Source: an uncultured bacterium
GTDB taxonomy: Bacteria > Acidobacteriota > HRBIN11 > JAKEFK01
Direction of reading: 5' to 3'
Assembly (NCBI GenBank): GCA_963777505.1
Contig: CAVZQN010000004.1
Span: 672,001-736,000 of the forward strand
Length of the DNA: 64,000 bases
Part shown: in pieces, positions 40,103 to 49,007 of the stretch
Numbering within the stretch: the stretch's first letter is position 1
How the letters are laid out: every line of letters begins with the position of its first letter
Made by a program: the position numbers and the translations under genes
The notes under the pieces: model-generated
Seen by the model: only the letters and a program-made list of their open reading frames with translations
Database searches by the model: none
Told to the model about the DNA's origin: nothing

Positions 40103-41190
40103 AGAAAGTAGTTTTTGTAGACAGAGATGGAACCATTGTTGTGGAGCCTCCTGATCAGCAAGTCGATTCTCTGGAAAAACTTGAATTCATTCCTGGCATC
40201 ATTCAGGGTTTACGCCTTCTATCCGATTCAGGATTTTTTCTGGTGATGGTGACAAACCAGGATGGTCTTGGGATGCCGCAATATCCAAAAGAATCTTTTG
40301 AACAAGTTCAGAAAAAAATCATACGATTCTTAAAAAGTGAAGGGATCCATTTCGATCGAATTTATGTTTGCCCGCACTTCCCGAGTGATGCCTGCTCCTG
40401 TCGTAAACCGCATCCAGGTGCAGCCGGCTCATACATGAAAAGAAATAAGATTGATCTTTCGAACTCGTTTGTTTTTGGCGATCGTGAAACTGATGTAGAG
40501 TTTGCTTCCAATCTTGGTATACGCTCGGTTCGATTAACTTCACAAAAAAGTCAGGCCGAGTTTAAGACAAAGAACGCTCTGGAAGCTTGTCGATACATTG
40601 CGCATGCCTCACGATCAGCATCCGTTAGCAGAAAGACAAAAGAAACTGATATTCAGGTTCGTGTTGCGCTGGATGGTACGGGTGACCACACAGTATCCAC
40701 AGGAATAAAGTTTTTCGATCACATGCTTTCACAGCTATCCAGGCACTCGCTGATTGATATGATGATTGCAGCAAATGGAGATATTGAAATCGATGAGCAT
40801 CATACAGTTGAAGATGTAGGAATTGTTTTGGGGGAAGCCTTAAGACAAGCGTTAGGTTCAAAAAAGGGAATTGAACGATTTGCTTTTGCTGCGCCTTTAG
40901 ATGAAGCGCTGGCGAATGTTTCTCTTGATCTAAGTGGAAGAAGTCATCTTACATTCCACTGTGATTTCAAACGCGAACGCATCGGAGATTTGCCATCTGA
41001 ACTTCTGGAAGATTTTTTCAAAGCACTGGCTGATGGGCTTGGAGCTGGACTTCATATCCGTTGCACCGGAAGAAATGATCATCACAAAGCTGAAGCAATT
41101 TTTAAGACAACAGCACGTGCATTGAAGCTCGCGGTGCGAATCGATGAAAAACAATTGTCGAAAATCCCATCTACAAAAGGGAAATTGTAG
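40099..41190 (+). CDS. hisB: Bifunctional histidinol-phosphatase / imidazoleglycerol-phosphate dehydratase (HisNB)
   Basis: DRDGT HAD motif, CRKP; RKTKETDI, DEHHTVED, NDHH. Confidence 0.96.
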   Translation: MKKVVFVDRDGTIVVEPPDQQVDSLEKLEFIPGIIQGLRLLSDSGFFLVMVTNQDGLGMPQYPKESFEQVQKKIIRFLKSEGIHFDRIYVCPHFPSDACSCRKPHPGAAGSYMKRNKIDLSNSFVFGDRETDVEFASNLGIRSVRLTSQKSQAEFKTKNALEACRYIAHASRSASVSRKTKETDIQVRVALDGTGDHTVSTGIKFFDHMLSQLSRHSLIDMMIAANGDIEIDEHHTVEDVGIVLGEALRQALGSKKGIERFAFAAPLDEALANVSLDLSGRSHLTFHCDFKRERIGDLPSELLEDFFKALADGLGAGLHIRCTGRNDHHKAEAIFKTTARALKLAVRIDEKQLSKIPSTKGKL

Positions 41191-41192
41191 TT

Positions 41193-41798
41193 ATGGGTAT
41201 GCTTGGGATCATCGATTATGACGCCGGCAACATTGCTTCCATAAAAAATGCTCTCACCGCAGCAGAAATCCCGCATTGTGTCAGTTCATCGGTGGATGTT
41301 TTGAAGCAATGTTCAGGGATTTTACTTCCAGGAGTTGGAGCTGCTCCTGCAGCAATGCGATCTCTTGAAAAAACAGGACTGACTACATTTCTACAAACGT
41401 TGAGTATGCCGTTTCTCGGCGTTTGTCTCGGAATGCAGGTATTATTTGAACGATCTGAAGAAGGGAATACAAAATGTTTGGGAATTATCTCAGGCGAAGT
41501 TCTGCAGTTTGATAATCGTGCTGCTCGTGTCCCGCATATGGGCTGGAATCAGGTTCGTTTGAAACGAACCTCTTCACTCGTTGAATCTGAATCGTATTTT
41601 TATTTTGCCCACTCTTTTTACGTTCCAATAAATAAGTATACTGATACAGTTGCTGAAAGTGGTGTAGAATTTTCAGCAGGAATTCAAAAGGGTTTATATT
41701 TCGGGGTTCAATTTCATCCTGAAAAATCGGGGCGTTCAGGTATGATGCTTTTCCGGTCATTTTGGAAATTATGCGAATCATTCCAGCCATTGACTTAA
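41193..41798 (+). CDS. hisH: Imidazole glycerol phosphate synthase glutaminase subunit
   Basis: LPGVG, GVCLGMQ, PHMGWN, QFHPEKSG. Confidence 0.96.
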   Translation: MGMLGIIDYDAGNIASIKNALTAAEIPHCVSSSVDVLKQCSGILLPGVGAAPAAMRSLEKTGLTTFLQTLSMPFLGVCLGMQVLFERSEEGNTKCLGIISGEVLQFDNRAARVPHMGWNQVRLKRTSSLVESESYFYFAHSFYVPINKYTDTVAESGVEFSAGIQKGLYFGVQFHPEKSGRSGMMLFRSFWKLCESFQPLT

Positions 41799-42499
41799 TT
41801 CATGGCCGCTGCGTTCGACTCGTGAAGGGAGATTTCAATTCTGCGCGGGAATACGATAAAACTCCTGAACAAATTGCACAGGAGTACATTTCAAACGGTT
41901 TTTCACGGATTCATATTGTTGATCTCGACGGCGCAAGAGCCGGACGCATCGTACAGTGGGAAACACTTGAAGCCATTTTGTCCGTTCCTGAAATCGAGGC
42001 TCAGATTGGCGGTGGTGTAAGAACTCCCGAAATCATTGAACGCCTTTTGAGCATGGGCGCGAAACAAGTCGTTGTAAGCAGCGTTGCGATGCGCTCACCT
42101 GAAACAGTTTCAGCATGGGCCGCAAAATTTGGCCCTCAGCACTTCTGTATCGCCTTAGATTTACAGGAAGGTGTACTTGCTGCGTCAGGATGGACGCAGA
42201 AAGAGAAAAGTACAATGGATGAAATCCTTTCCAAGCTTGAGCCGGCAGGCATCGTCGATTATCTCTGTACCGACATTTTGAAGGATGGAACTTTAGAAGG
42301 CCCCAACTTCGAACTCTATCAAATCCTCGTTCAAGCTCATCCTAAAGTTCGATGGATTGCATCAGGTGGAGTCTCTTCGGTGAAGGATGTGGAATCGTTG
42401 CGTCAAGCGGGTGTTGCCGGTGTCATCATCGGAAAAGCACTTTATGAAGAAAGAATCACATTGGAAGAACTCGCACAATATGTAAAGTCCAAATGCTGA
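41771..42499 (+). CDS. hisA: ProFAR isomerase
   Basis: IIPAIDL..G.CVRL, HIVDLDGA, QIGGGVR, DGTLEGPN. Confidence 0.96.
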   Translation: MRIIPAIDLIHGRCVRLVKGDFNSAREYDKTPEQIAQEYISNGFSRIHIVDLDGARAGRIVQWETLEAILSVPEIEAQIGGGVRTPEIIERLLSMGAKQVVVSSVAMRSPETVSAWAAKFGPQHFCIALDLQEGVLAASGWTQKEKSTMDEILSKLEPAGIVDYLCTDILKDGTLEGPNFELYQILVQAHPKVRWIASGGVSSVKDVESLRQAGVAGVIIGKALYEERITLEELAQYVKSKC

Positions 42500-43248
42500 C
42501 CAAGCGCATTATTCCATGTTTGGATATCCTGGAAGGCCGCGTTGTAAAAGGCAAACAATTTGTGAACCTTGTTGATGCCGGCGATCCGGTTGAACTCGCG
42601 TCACGATATTCTGATGATGGAGCCGATGAACTCGTAATCCTGGACATTTCTGCTACGCTTGAAAATCGAAAGCCATTCTTTCGAATGGTAGAACAAATCG
42701 CGCGTGCTGTAGCAATTCCTCTTACGGTTGGCGGAGGTATCCGAACGCTTGAAGATATTGTTTCAGTGTTGCGATGTGGAGCTGACAAAGTATCGCTGAA
42801 CACAATCTTGATGGAGAATCCAGAAATTCTGTCTGAAGCTTCGGAGCGGGTTGGAACGCAGGCTCTGGTTGCTGCACTGGATGCGAAATCGGATCATGAT
42901 ACATGGTTCATAAAAACCAGGAGTGGAACTCATCAAACACCTGTGAATGCAATCGATTGGGCTATGAAAGTTGTTGAACTAGGAGCTGGCGAATTATTGG
43001 TTACATCAATTGATCGAGATGGTATGAAAAAAGGATATGATTGCGAACTGTTAAAAAAACTTTCGGAGGCTGTACGCGTTCCAATTGTGGCATCAGGTGG
43101 CGCAGGAAAGAAGGAACATTTGTTGGAAGCTCTGAAGGATGGTTGTGCAGATGCAGTTCTAGCTGCGAGTATTTTTCATTTTAGTGAAATTTCCATCCGA
43201 GATCTGAAAGAATATTTACGAAACGAAAATGTACCGGTGAGAATATGA
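42493..43248 (+). CDS. hisF: Imidazole glycerol phosphate synthase cyclase subunit
   Basis: MLTKRIIPCLD, GADEL, TSIDRDG, ASGGAG. Confidence 0.97.
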   Translation: MLTKRIIPCLDILEGRVVKGKQFVNLVDAGDPVELASRYSDDGADELVILDISATLENRKPFFRMVEQIARAVAIPLTVGGGIRTLEDIVSVLRCGADKVSLNTILMENPEILSEASERVGTQALVAALDAKSDHDTWFIKTRSGTHQTPVNAIDWAMKVVELGAGELLVTSIDRDGMKKGYDCELLKKLSEAVRVPIVASGGAGKKEHLLEALKDGCADAVLAASIFHFSEISIRDLKEYLRNENVPVRI

Positions 43249-43847
43249 TGGATCAATTAGATTTTGAGAAAATGGAGGGCTTAATCCCTGTGGTTGTTCA
43301 ACACAAAGAAACGGCGGCTGTGTTGATGGTGGGATTTATGAACAAGCAAGCCTTAGAACGGACGCTTCAAGAACGGCGCGTCACTTTCTGGAGTAGAACT
43401 CGAAAGCAACTCTGGCAAAAAGGCGAAGGCTCAGGCAATTTTTTGAATGTTATCTCCATCGAGGCCGATTGTGATGCTGATACTTTATTGATACAAGCCA
43501 TGCCCGAAGGTCCCGTCTGTCACACTGGAGCGGCTGCATGTTTTTCTAATGTTCCACCCGGTGCACAATTAAAGAATCTTGAAATGATTATTAATGATCG
43601 CATTCATAAAAAGCCTGAAGGCTCCTATACTGCAAAGCTTTTTGAAAAGGGGATCCTCAAAATTGCGCAAAAAGTAGGAGAGGAAGGTGTCGAGCTGGCA
43701 CTCGCTGCACAATATCCCGACCGAAGCCGCTGTGTCGAAGAAGCAGCGGATCTTATGTATCACCTGCTTGTTCTGCTATCGGCACGAAATATCCCTTTTT
43801 CAGATGTCGAAGAGGAACTGGCGAAAAGAATGAGGGATCGCGGCTAA
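43245..43847 (+). CDS. hisIE: Bifunctional PR-AMP cyclohydrolase / PR-ATP pyrophosphatase
   Basis: DCDADTLL, CHTGAAACF, KVGEEGVE, EAADLMYH. Confidence 0.96.
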   Translation: MMDQLDFEKMEGLIPVVVQHKETAAVLMVGFMNKQALERTLQERRVTFWSRTRKQLWQKGEGSGNFLNVISIEADCDADTLLIQAMPEGPVCHTGAAACFSNVPPGAQLKNLEMIINDRIHKKPEGSYTAKLFEKGILKIAQKVGEEGVELALAAQYPDRSRCVEEAADLMYHLLVLLSARNIPFSDVEEELAKRMRDRG

Positions 43848-43924
43848 CTCCAATATTGTCAAAATAAACTCATAAGTTATTGATAATAAAACAGTTATCA
43901 GACAAGATGCTTTTATGTTTAAAC

Positions 43925-43953
43925 TTGACAATATGACACTAAGATTATATTAT
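43925..43953 (+). promoter_or_regulatory. Promoter of hsp20
   Basis: TTGACA-17 nt-TATTAT; AAGGAGG RBS downstream. Confidence 0.65.
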
Positions 43954-43990
43954 TACATTTAGCTAAAGAAATTCTTAAGGAGGAATTCCA

Positions 43991-44422
43991 ATGTTTAGAG
44001 AATTAGTCACATTTCAGGATCATATGAATCGGCTTTTCAATCAGAGTATTCCAAAAGCGAAGTTTGAAGATGAAGGGTTGTTTGGAGGAGCGTGGGCCCC
44101 GGCAGTAGATATCTATGAGACGGATCAGGCCATTGTTCTAAAGGCGGACCTTCCGGAGCTTAACGCGGATGACGTTGATATTCGTGTTGAAGACAACATG
44201 TTGTTTTTAAAGGGTGAACGGAAGATGGAAAAGGAAACAAAGGAAGAAAATTACCATAGAGTAGAGCGTTCTTACGGAGCGTTTTCTCGTAGTTTCATTC
44301 TTCCGCGGACTGTTTCTTCCGAAAAAATTTCTGCAGATTACCAGAACGGTGTTCTAAAGATCACTATGCTAAAAAGAGAAGAATCAAAACCGAAGCAAAT
44401 TCGGGTAACCGCTAATTCTTAA
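43991..44422 (+). CDS. Hsp20/alpha-crystallin small heat shock protein
   Basis: WAPAVDIYE, ADLPE, ERSYGAFSRSF, A.YQNGVL. Confidence 0.96.
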   Translation: MFRELVTFQDHMNRLFNQSIPKAKFEDEGLFGGAWAPAVDIYETDQAIVLKADLPELNADDVDIRVEDNMLFLKGERKMEKETKEENYHRVERSYGAFSRSFILPRTVSSEKISADYQNGVLKITMLKREESKPKQIRVTANS

Positions 44423-44434
44423 TATAAATCCATC

Positions 44435-44468
44435 GCCGCGGTGCCATGCGCCGCGGCTATTTTTTTTC
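44435..44468 (+). terminator. Intrinsic terminator of hsp20
   Basis: GCCGCGGTGC-CAT-GCGCCGCGGC then TATTTTTTTT. Confidence 0.85.
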
Positions 44469-44538
44469 TGAATGTTCCGCATCCTCAAAAAAGAGCTGAT
44501 TTGTTGGTGCGAGATTAGCTAAGGATTTCCGATATAAT

Positions 44539-46317
44539 TTGCAGAATTATTTGAGGAATCCAACATCATTGCAAGAAAATGAAAATTATACTGATACTCA
44601 ATCGACGCTTTTGTCATTCGGTACTGTCACACTCACATTCCTGTATGTAGCCTTTGTTACTACTCACACCTCATATTGGACCTGGCCCAGCATAGATGTT
44701 CTTCCGATCATCGAGCGCTTTCGTGATTCTCAATTTCTTTTGAACGATCTCTATACGGACATCGGAGGGACTTTTACAGTTCGCACATATTTTGCGCACT
44801 TCATCAACATGGTCTCAACGATCGCCGGAGTTCAGCCTGCGGTGATTCTTGTTTACATGAGCCCTATCATGGCTGGCACAGCAGCAGTGGCTTTGTTTAC
44901 AGTCTCCAGAACATTCGGGCTCGGACGAATGATATCGTTCCTGGCGGCGATAATACCTTTTTCACTTTCCCACTTGCAGCCCAAGCTCGGTTTATGGAGT
45001 CTCGATTTCAATCAAACAACACCGTCTGCTTTGGCAAATATGTTCATACTTCTTGCACTCTCTGCAGCGTTCCGAAATTATTCTTTTGTCACTTCTATTT
45101 TTATCGTTGTAGCGACATTGGTTCATCCAACTACTGGAATTGTTGGAAGCATTCTGGCAGCTGCCGCTTTATATATTGGATCAACATCTGTACGTCCATG
45201 GCACAAAATAATTGTACCAACCGTCGGATGCGGAGTGATTGCAGCATTCATTTTCTTTTATGTACCTTTGAGTTTTTCAAAACCAAGCCAGCTCGCACTG
45301 AATTCTGACGAGTTATACCATGCATACATCCAGATCAGGCACCCTCATCACTATGACGTAAATTCATGGACACAGGAAAGCATTCTCAAATTTATTGAAT
45401 ATTCGGGTTTACTGATTGTGTTGATTACTATTCTGAAGCAGCAAAAGGTTAGTCAAACAGCCTTCCGATGGGGGCTTTTACTTTTATTGTTCACCATTTC
45501 CATGGCGGTGAGTCATATTGTTTTTACTAATATTTTGCATAACCGGATTGCGATCGTGTTTACCCCTGTACGATTTTTTCCTCTTGCGTGGCCTTTTTTC
45601 TCAATCTTCTTTTTTATTTCAATTCGCCATCTGTCTAACAAATCTCCAACGACTCTTGCAGCAATTTTTTTACTAGCCTCAGTCTTATTGTTAAGGCCCT
45701 TGACTCTTCACAGTGCTGTCCTTGTTTGTGTTCTTATTTTGGTTGGATCAAAGTGGTTTTCTGATTGGGATTCGATTCAAAGCAGTAACAGATTTGTTCA
45801 CTACATTTATAAGTTCAATACGATGATTCTTCAAAAGAAATATTATCTCAGGTTCGCAATCGCTTTAGGTGTAATCTTTTTCTTAATTCGAATTATGCTT
45901 GGCGCTATGAGCTTCAAAGAAACGATTATTTCAGAGCAAGCGAACTTCAATCTGAGAGATTCGCATCTGTTTAAATGTATAAAAGACGCTGTACCTGAAA
46001 AGGAAGCGATAATCGTACATCCTTCTTTTGACAGCATAGGTGTTCGAATGCACTCCCGTCGAGCAGTATATGGGGATCTTGTATTTCCATTCAATGAATT
46101 GTACGCAGGATTATGGTGGGAGCGGTACAAAATCGTTCATGGCGATACTAAGGCAGCAGATGTAATCCAGCGATTTGATCGTCTTAATTCACAGGAACTG
46201 CAAAGGATCAAGCATCAGTCAGGAGTGAATTACTTAATCGCAAGCAAGAAGCATGTGCCAAATACGACTTCTCTTTGTGAGAACGCCTCTTTCGTTTTAT
46301 TTTCTTTAGATAACTGA
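44539..46317 (+). CDS. Polytopic membrane protein, GT-C-like topology (DUF6798-like); start uncertain
   Basis: ~12 hydrophobic helices, IRHPHHY motif, soluble C-terminal domain. Confidence 0.6.
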   Translation: MQNYLRNPTSLQENENYTDTQSTLLSFGTVTLTFLYVAFVTTHTSYWTWPSIDVLPIIERFRDSQFLLNDLYTDIGGTFTVRTYFAHFINMVSTIAGVQPAVILVYMSPIMAGTAAVALFTVSRTFGLGRMISFLAAIIPFSLSHLQPKLGLWSLDFNQTTPSALANMFILLALSAAFRNYSFVTSIFIVVATLVHPTTGIVGSILAAAALYIGSTSVRPWHKIIVPTVGCGVIAAFIFFYVPLSFSKPSQLALNSDELYHAYIQIRHPHHYDVNSWTQESILKFIEYSGLLIVLITILKQQKVSQTAFRWGLLLLLFTISMAVSHIVFTNILHNRIAIVFTPVRFFPLAWPFFSIFFFISIRHLSNKSPTTLAAIFLLASVLLLRPLTLHSAVLVCVLILVGSKWFSDWDSIQSSNRFVHYIYKFNTMILQKKYYLRFAIALGVIFFLIRIMLGAMSFKETIISEQANFNLRDSHLFKCIKDAVPEKEAIIVHPSFDSIGVRMHSRRAVYGDLVFPFNELYAGLWWERYKIVHGDTKAADVIQRFDRLNSQELQRIKHQSGVNYLIASKKHVPNTTSLCENASFVLFSLDN

Positions 46318-46359
46318 CTACTCGATGTGCCCTGAAAAGATTTACGTTACAATCATTCC

Positions 46360-47259
46360 ATGAAAGTTCTGATTGTCGGTCCGGGTGCTGTCGGATGTAT
46401 TTTAGGTGCGTCGCTCATTCGAAGTGGTCAAGATGTTACCTTCCTCGCACGTGGTGCCAGTTTAGAAGCTCTTCGGCAAAGAGGATTGAAAATCGAATGG
46501 CCTTCGGAAACATGGCAGCTTGCTCAAGTCAACGTAATTGAATCGGGTACAGAAGGCATTGATTTTGATCACATTCTTTTTTGTGTAAAGGGTTATGATT
46601 GGCAAAATGCTGCAAAATTGCTCAACTCTTTCAACTCACGATTCATACTAACCTTTCAGAATGGAGTCATTGTTCATAAAGAACTGCAAAAAGATCATGG
46701 AGACCGCGTCCATGCCGCAATCATTTATGTTTCAGCTGATCGGATTGAACCGGGAGTCGTTCGATCAAAAAGTAATTCAAAGGTTGTTTTGGATGGCAGC
46801 CCAGCTGTGCATCAGGAGATGCAAAAGCTTCATGACGCCTTATCCAATTCATTTGTCCAAGTCCAACTGAGCGAAGACATTGAAGTAGATTTATGGAGAA
46901 AATATTTGTTCCTCTGCAGTTTCAGTTCCTTGAATACTCTTACAGAAAAACCGATTGCCAATATTTTGAATGATCCTTACACAAAAGATTTATGGACACG
47001 ATACATGTGTGAGATTGCGGAGATTGCGCGCGCGTCTGGAATTGAGTTTTCGGATGATGAAGCACAAACGGCATTGAGCAATGCCGAAAAATTTCCACCT
47101 GGAACTACGTCTTCGTTGTTTTCTGATACGCAAAGGAAGCAACAGACAGAGGTCGAACTTTTGCAGGGACACATCGCGAGATTGGCTGAGAAGCACAAAG
47201 TATCCGCACCAATCAGCAAAACGATTTATGCCCTCTTGCGTGAGAAGACGCGGTTTTAA
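46360..47259 (+). CDS. panE: Ketopantoate reductase family protein
   Basis: GPGAVG, FCVKGY, FQNG, WRKYLF, TEVE. Confidence 0.88.
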   Translation: MKVLIVGPGAVGCILGASLIRSGQDVTFLARGASLEALRQRGLKIEWPSETWQLAQVNVIESGTEGIDFDHILFCVKGYDWQNAAKLLNSFNSRFILTFQNGVIVHKELQKDHGDRVHAAIIYVSADRIEPGVVRSKSNSKVVLDGSPAVHQEMQKLHDALSNSFVQVQLSEDIEVDLWRKYLFLCSFSSLNTLTEKPIANILNDPYTKDLWTRYMCEIAEIARASGIEFSDDEAQTALSNAEKFPPGTTSSLFSDTQRKQQTEVELLQGHIARLAEKHKVSAPISKTIYALLREKTRF

Positions 47260-47265
47260 TCGGGA

Positions 47266-48069
47266 ATGCCGGAATACCTTCTTTGGCACATCCTCTTTTT
47301 AACTGGATCAGGTTTCCTTTCTATCTATTGGTTTCTTCAAGGACGTCACAGCCTTTTTGTTCGCGAGTTATGTCAGCGGTTGGACGGCAAAGTCTTAAAG
47401 ATCACCGGAAGTACTTTTGGTTGGAAGGTCGTCTTACTTGAGGTTTGGTTACGACAACGTAGAATTCTGGTTGAATATCGTTTCCGGCAATTTCAACCAG
47501 GCCCCAACAAATACATGCCTGGATGGCATTTGAATGGCGAGCTTGAAATTCGAGTTCCGCTTGTGCAAAAGTTTTGGCTCCGTTTACTTCGGCAACAAGA
47601 GGATGAAACGCCTGTAGATGAACTGATTATAGGCATACCACAGCTCGATAAAAACTATGTAATTCACGCGAATCAGGTACAAATGGCTGAAAATTTTCTA
47701 ACGCGGCCGGTTGTGTTGGATTGCATCATAAGATTTCCCTTCAAACTTGACAGACTTGAGGTTTATAAAGGCTTTCTCAAAGCTGTAATCGCACAGCCTT
47801 ATCAACAGCGCATCGTGCGCGAGGAATTTGAAAATACAGTTCAACTATTGCTCGATCTTATCGATGTATATGAACATCAACCTGTTGAAAATTTTCACGT
47901 CCTTCAATCCGCCGGTGATCGTTCCTGTCCTTATTGCCGCGGATTCCTGGATTCAGCTAAGGATTCTATTGTAAAGTGTGTTCGATGCGGTACATCATTA
48001 CATCAACAGTGCTGGCAAGAGAATAAACAATGCACAACGTGGGGATGCACAAGTGAAAGTGCGGAATAA
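47266..48069 (+). CDS. Membrane-anchored protein with C-terminal prokaryotic RING-like zinc finger
   Basis: N-terminal TM; CPYC..CVRC..HQQCW..CTTWGC. Confidence 0.75.
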   Translation: MPEYLLWHILFLTGSGFLSIYWFLQGRHSLFVRELCQRLDGKVLKITGSTFGWKVVLLEVWLRQRRILVEYRFRQFQPGPNKYMPGWHLNGELEIRVPLVQKFWLRLLRQQEDETPVDELIIGIPQLDKNYVIHANQVQMAENFLTRPVVLDCIIRFPFKLDRLEVYKGFLKAVIAQPYQQRIVREEFENTVQLLLDLIDVYEHQPVENFHVLQSAGDRSCPYCRGFLDSAKDSIVKCVRCGTSLHQQCWQENKQCTTWGCTSESAE

Positions 48070-48103
48070 TATAATTCACAACATCAATGTAATTGAGGAG
48101 ATC

Positions 48104-48979
48104 ATGTCTTCAGTATTAACGTTTTTGATCATTTTGATAATGGGATCCTTCACAATTTTGAACGCCGGTACTCTGGCCGGTGAAATCAAAGTGAGTCATC
48201 CTGATAACATTCAATTTTTGATGGAAAAGTTTAAAGCAGGATTTGAGACAGCAAATCCCGAAGTTCAAATCATTTTACAAAGCGGTCCGAATGTTCAACA
48301 AGTATCACACATAGCATCAGGAAAAAAGATTGCAGACGTCATTGTCGTTTCTGATGACCGTATCGCAAAACCTCAGCTGGAAGGTTTGTATTTGGATAAG
48401 CCAATCGAATTTATGACCGATGAAATTGCCTTAATTGCTGGAAAAAATGCCAAGCATTTTGATGATCTTCAGATTAAGACCTGGCATCTACTTCTGTTAC
48501 GGCCGGAAGTGAAGGTTTTGATTCCTGATGCTGCGAATTCGTATGCAGGTTATCGTGTACCGCTTGTTTGGAAGCTTGCCGAGACATGGGTACACGAGCT
48601 GATGCTTTATGAAAAAATGAAGAGCAAACTGGACACAACTCATATTTCGCCTTCTCCGGTTAAATCGCTCTTATCAGGTCAAGCCGATTACGCGTTTGAT
48701 TATGCAACTCAGGCGAAACAAAATGGACTTCGATTGTTTCGACTTTTGAAATATTACAATCTTGGAGATCCAACTTTAGCTAATGTTTACAAAAGCGTAG
48801 CGATCGAAATCGTGGCTGATAACGAGAAGAGTATTTTTTACGGGGAACCAATCATTTACAGCATTGGTCAGTTGAAAGGATCAAAAAACGATTTAGCCGC
48901 AAAAGCGTTTATTGATTTTGTTGTGAGTGAAAAAGGGCGCGCAATCCTGGAACAACAAGAGTTAACCGGAATAAAGTAG
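48104..48979 (+). CDS. Substrate-binding protein, WtpA/ModA-like fold
   Basis: GAGGAG RBS; signal peptide; ADVIVVSD, AGYR..LVWKLAE, ADYAFDY, NLGDP, GEPIIY. Confidence 0.75.
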   Translation: MSSVLTFLIILIMGSFTILNAGTLAGEIKVSHPDNIQFLMEKFKAGFETANPEVQIILQSGPNVQQVSHIASGKKIADVIVVSDDRIAKPQLEGLYLDKPIEFMTDEIALIAGKNAKHFDDLQIKTWHLLLLRPEVKVLIPDAANSYAGYRVPLVWKLAETWVHELMLYEKMKSKLDTTHISPSPVKSLLSGQADYAFDYATQAKQNGLRLFRLLKYYNLGDPTLANVYKSVAIEIVADNEKSIFYGEPIIYSIGQLKGSKNDLAAKAFIDFVVSEKGRAILEQQELTGIK

Positions 48980-49000
48980 GGGCGGGTTTGAGACCCGCCC
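48976..49000. repeat. GTAG-type REP hairpin between convergent genes
   Basis: GTAGGGGCGGGTTTGAGACCCGCCC; near-copy at 52454-52478. Confidence 0.7.
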
Positions 49001-49007
49001 AAAATTA

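Noticed and set aside
43850-43960. CIRCE or CtsR site upstream of hsp20
   Set aside because: No CIRCE match; the TGACA repeats do not fit the CtsR heptad spacing convincingly
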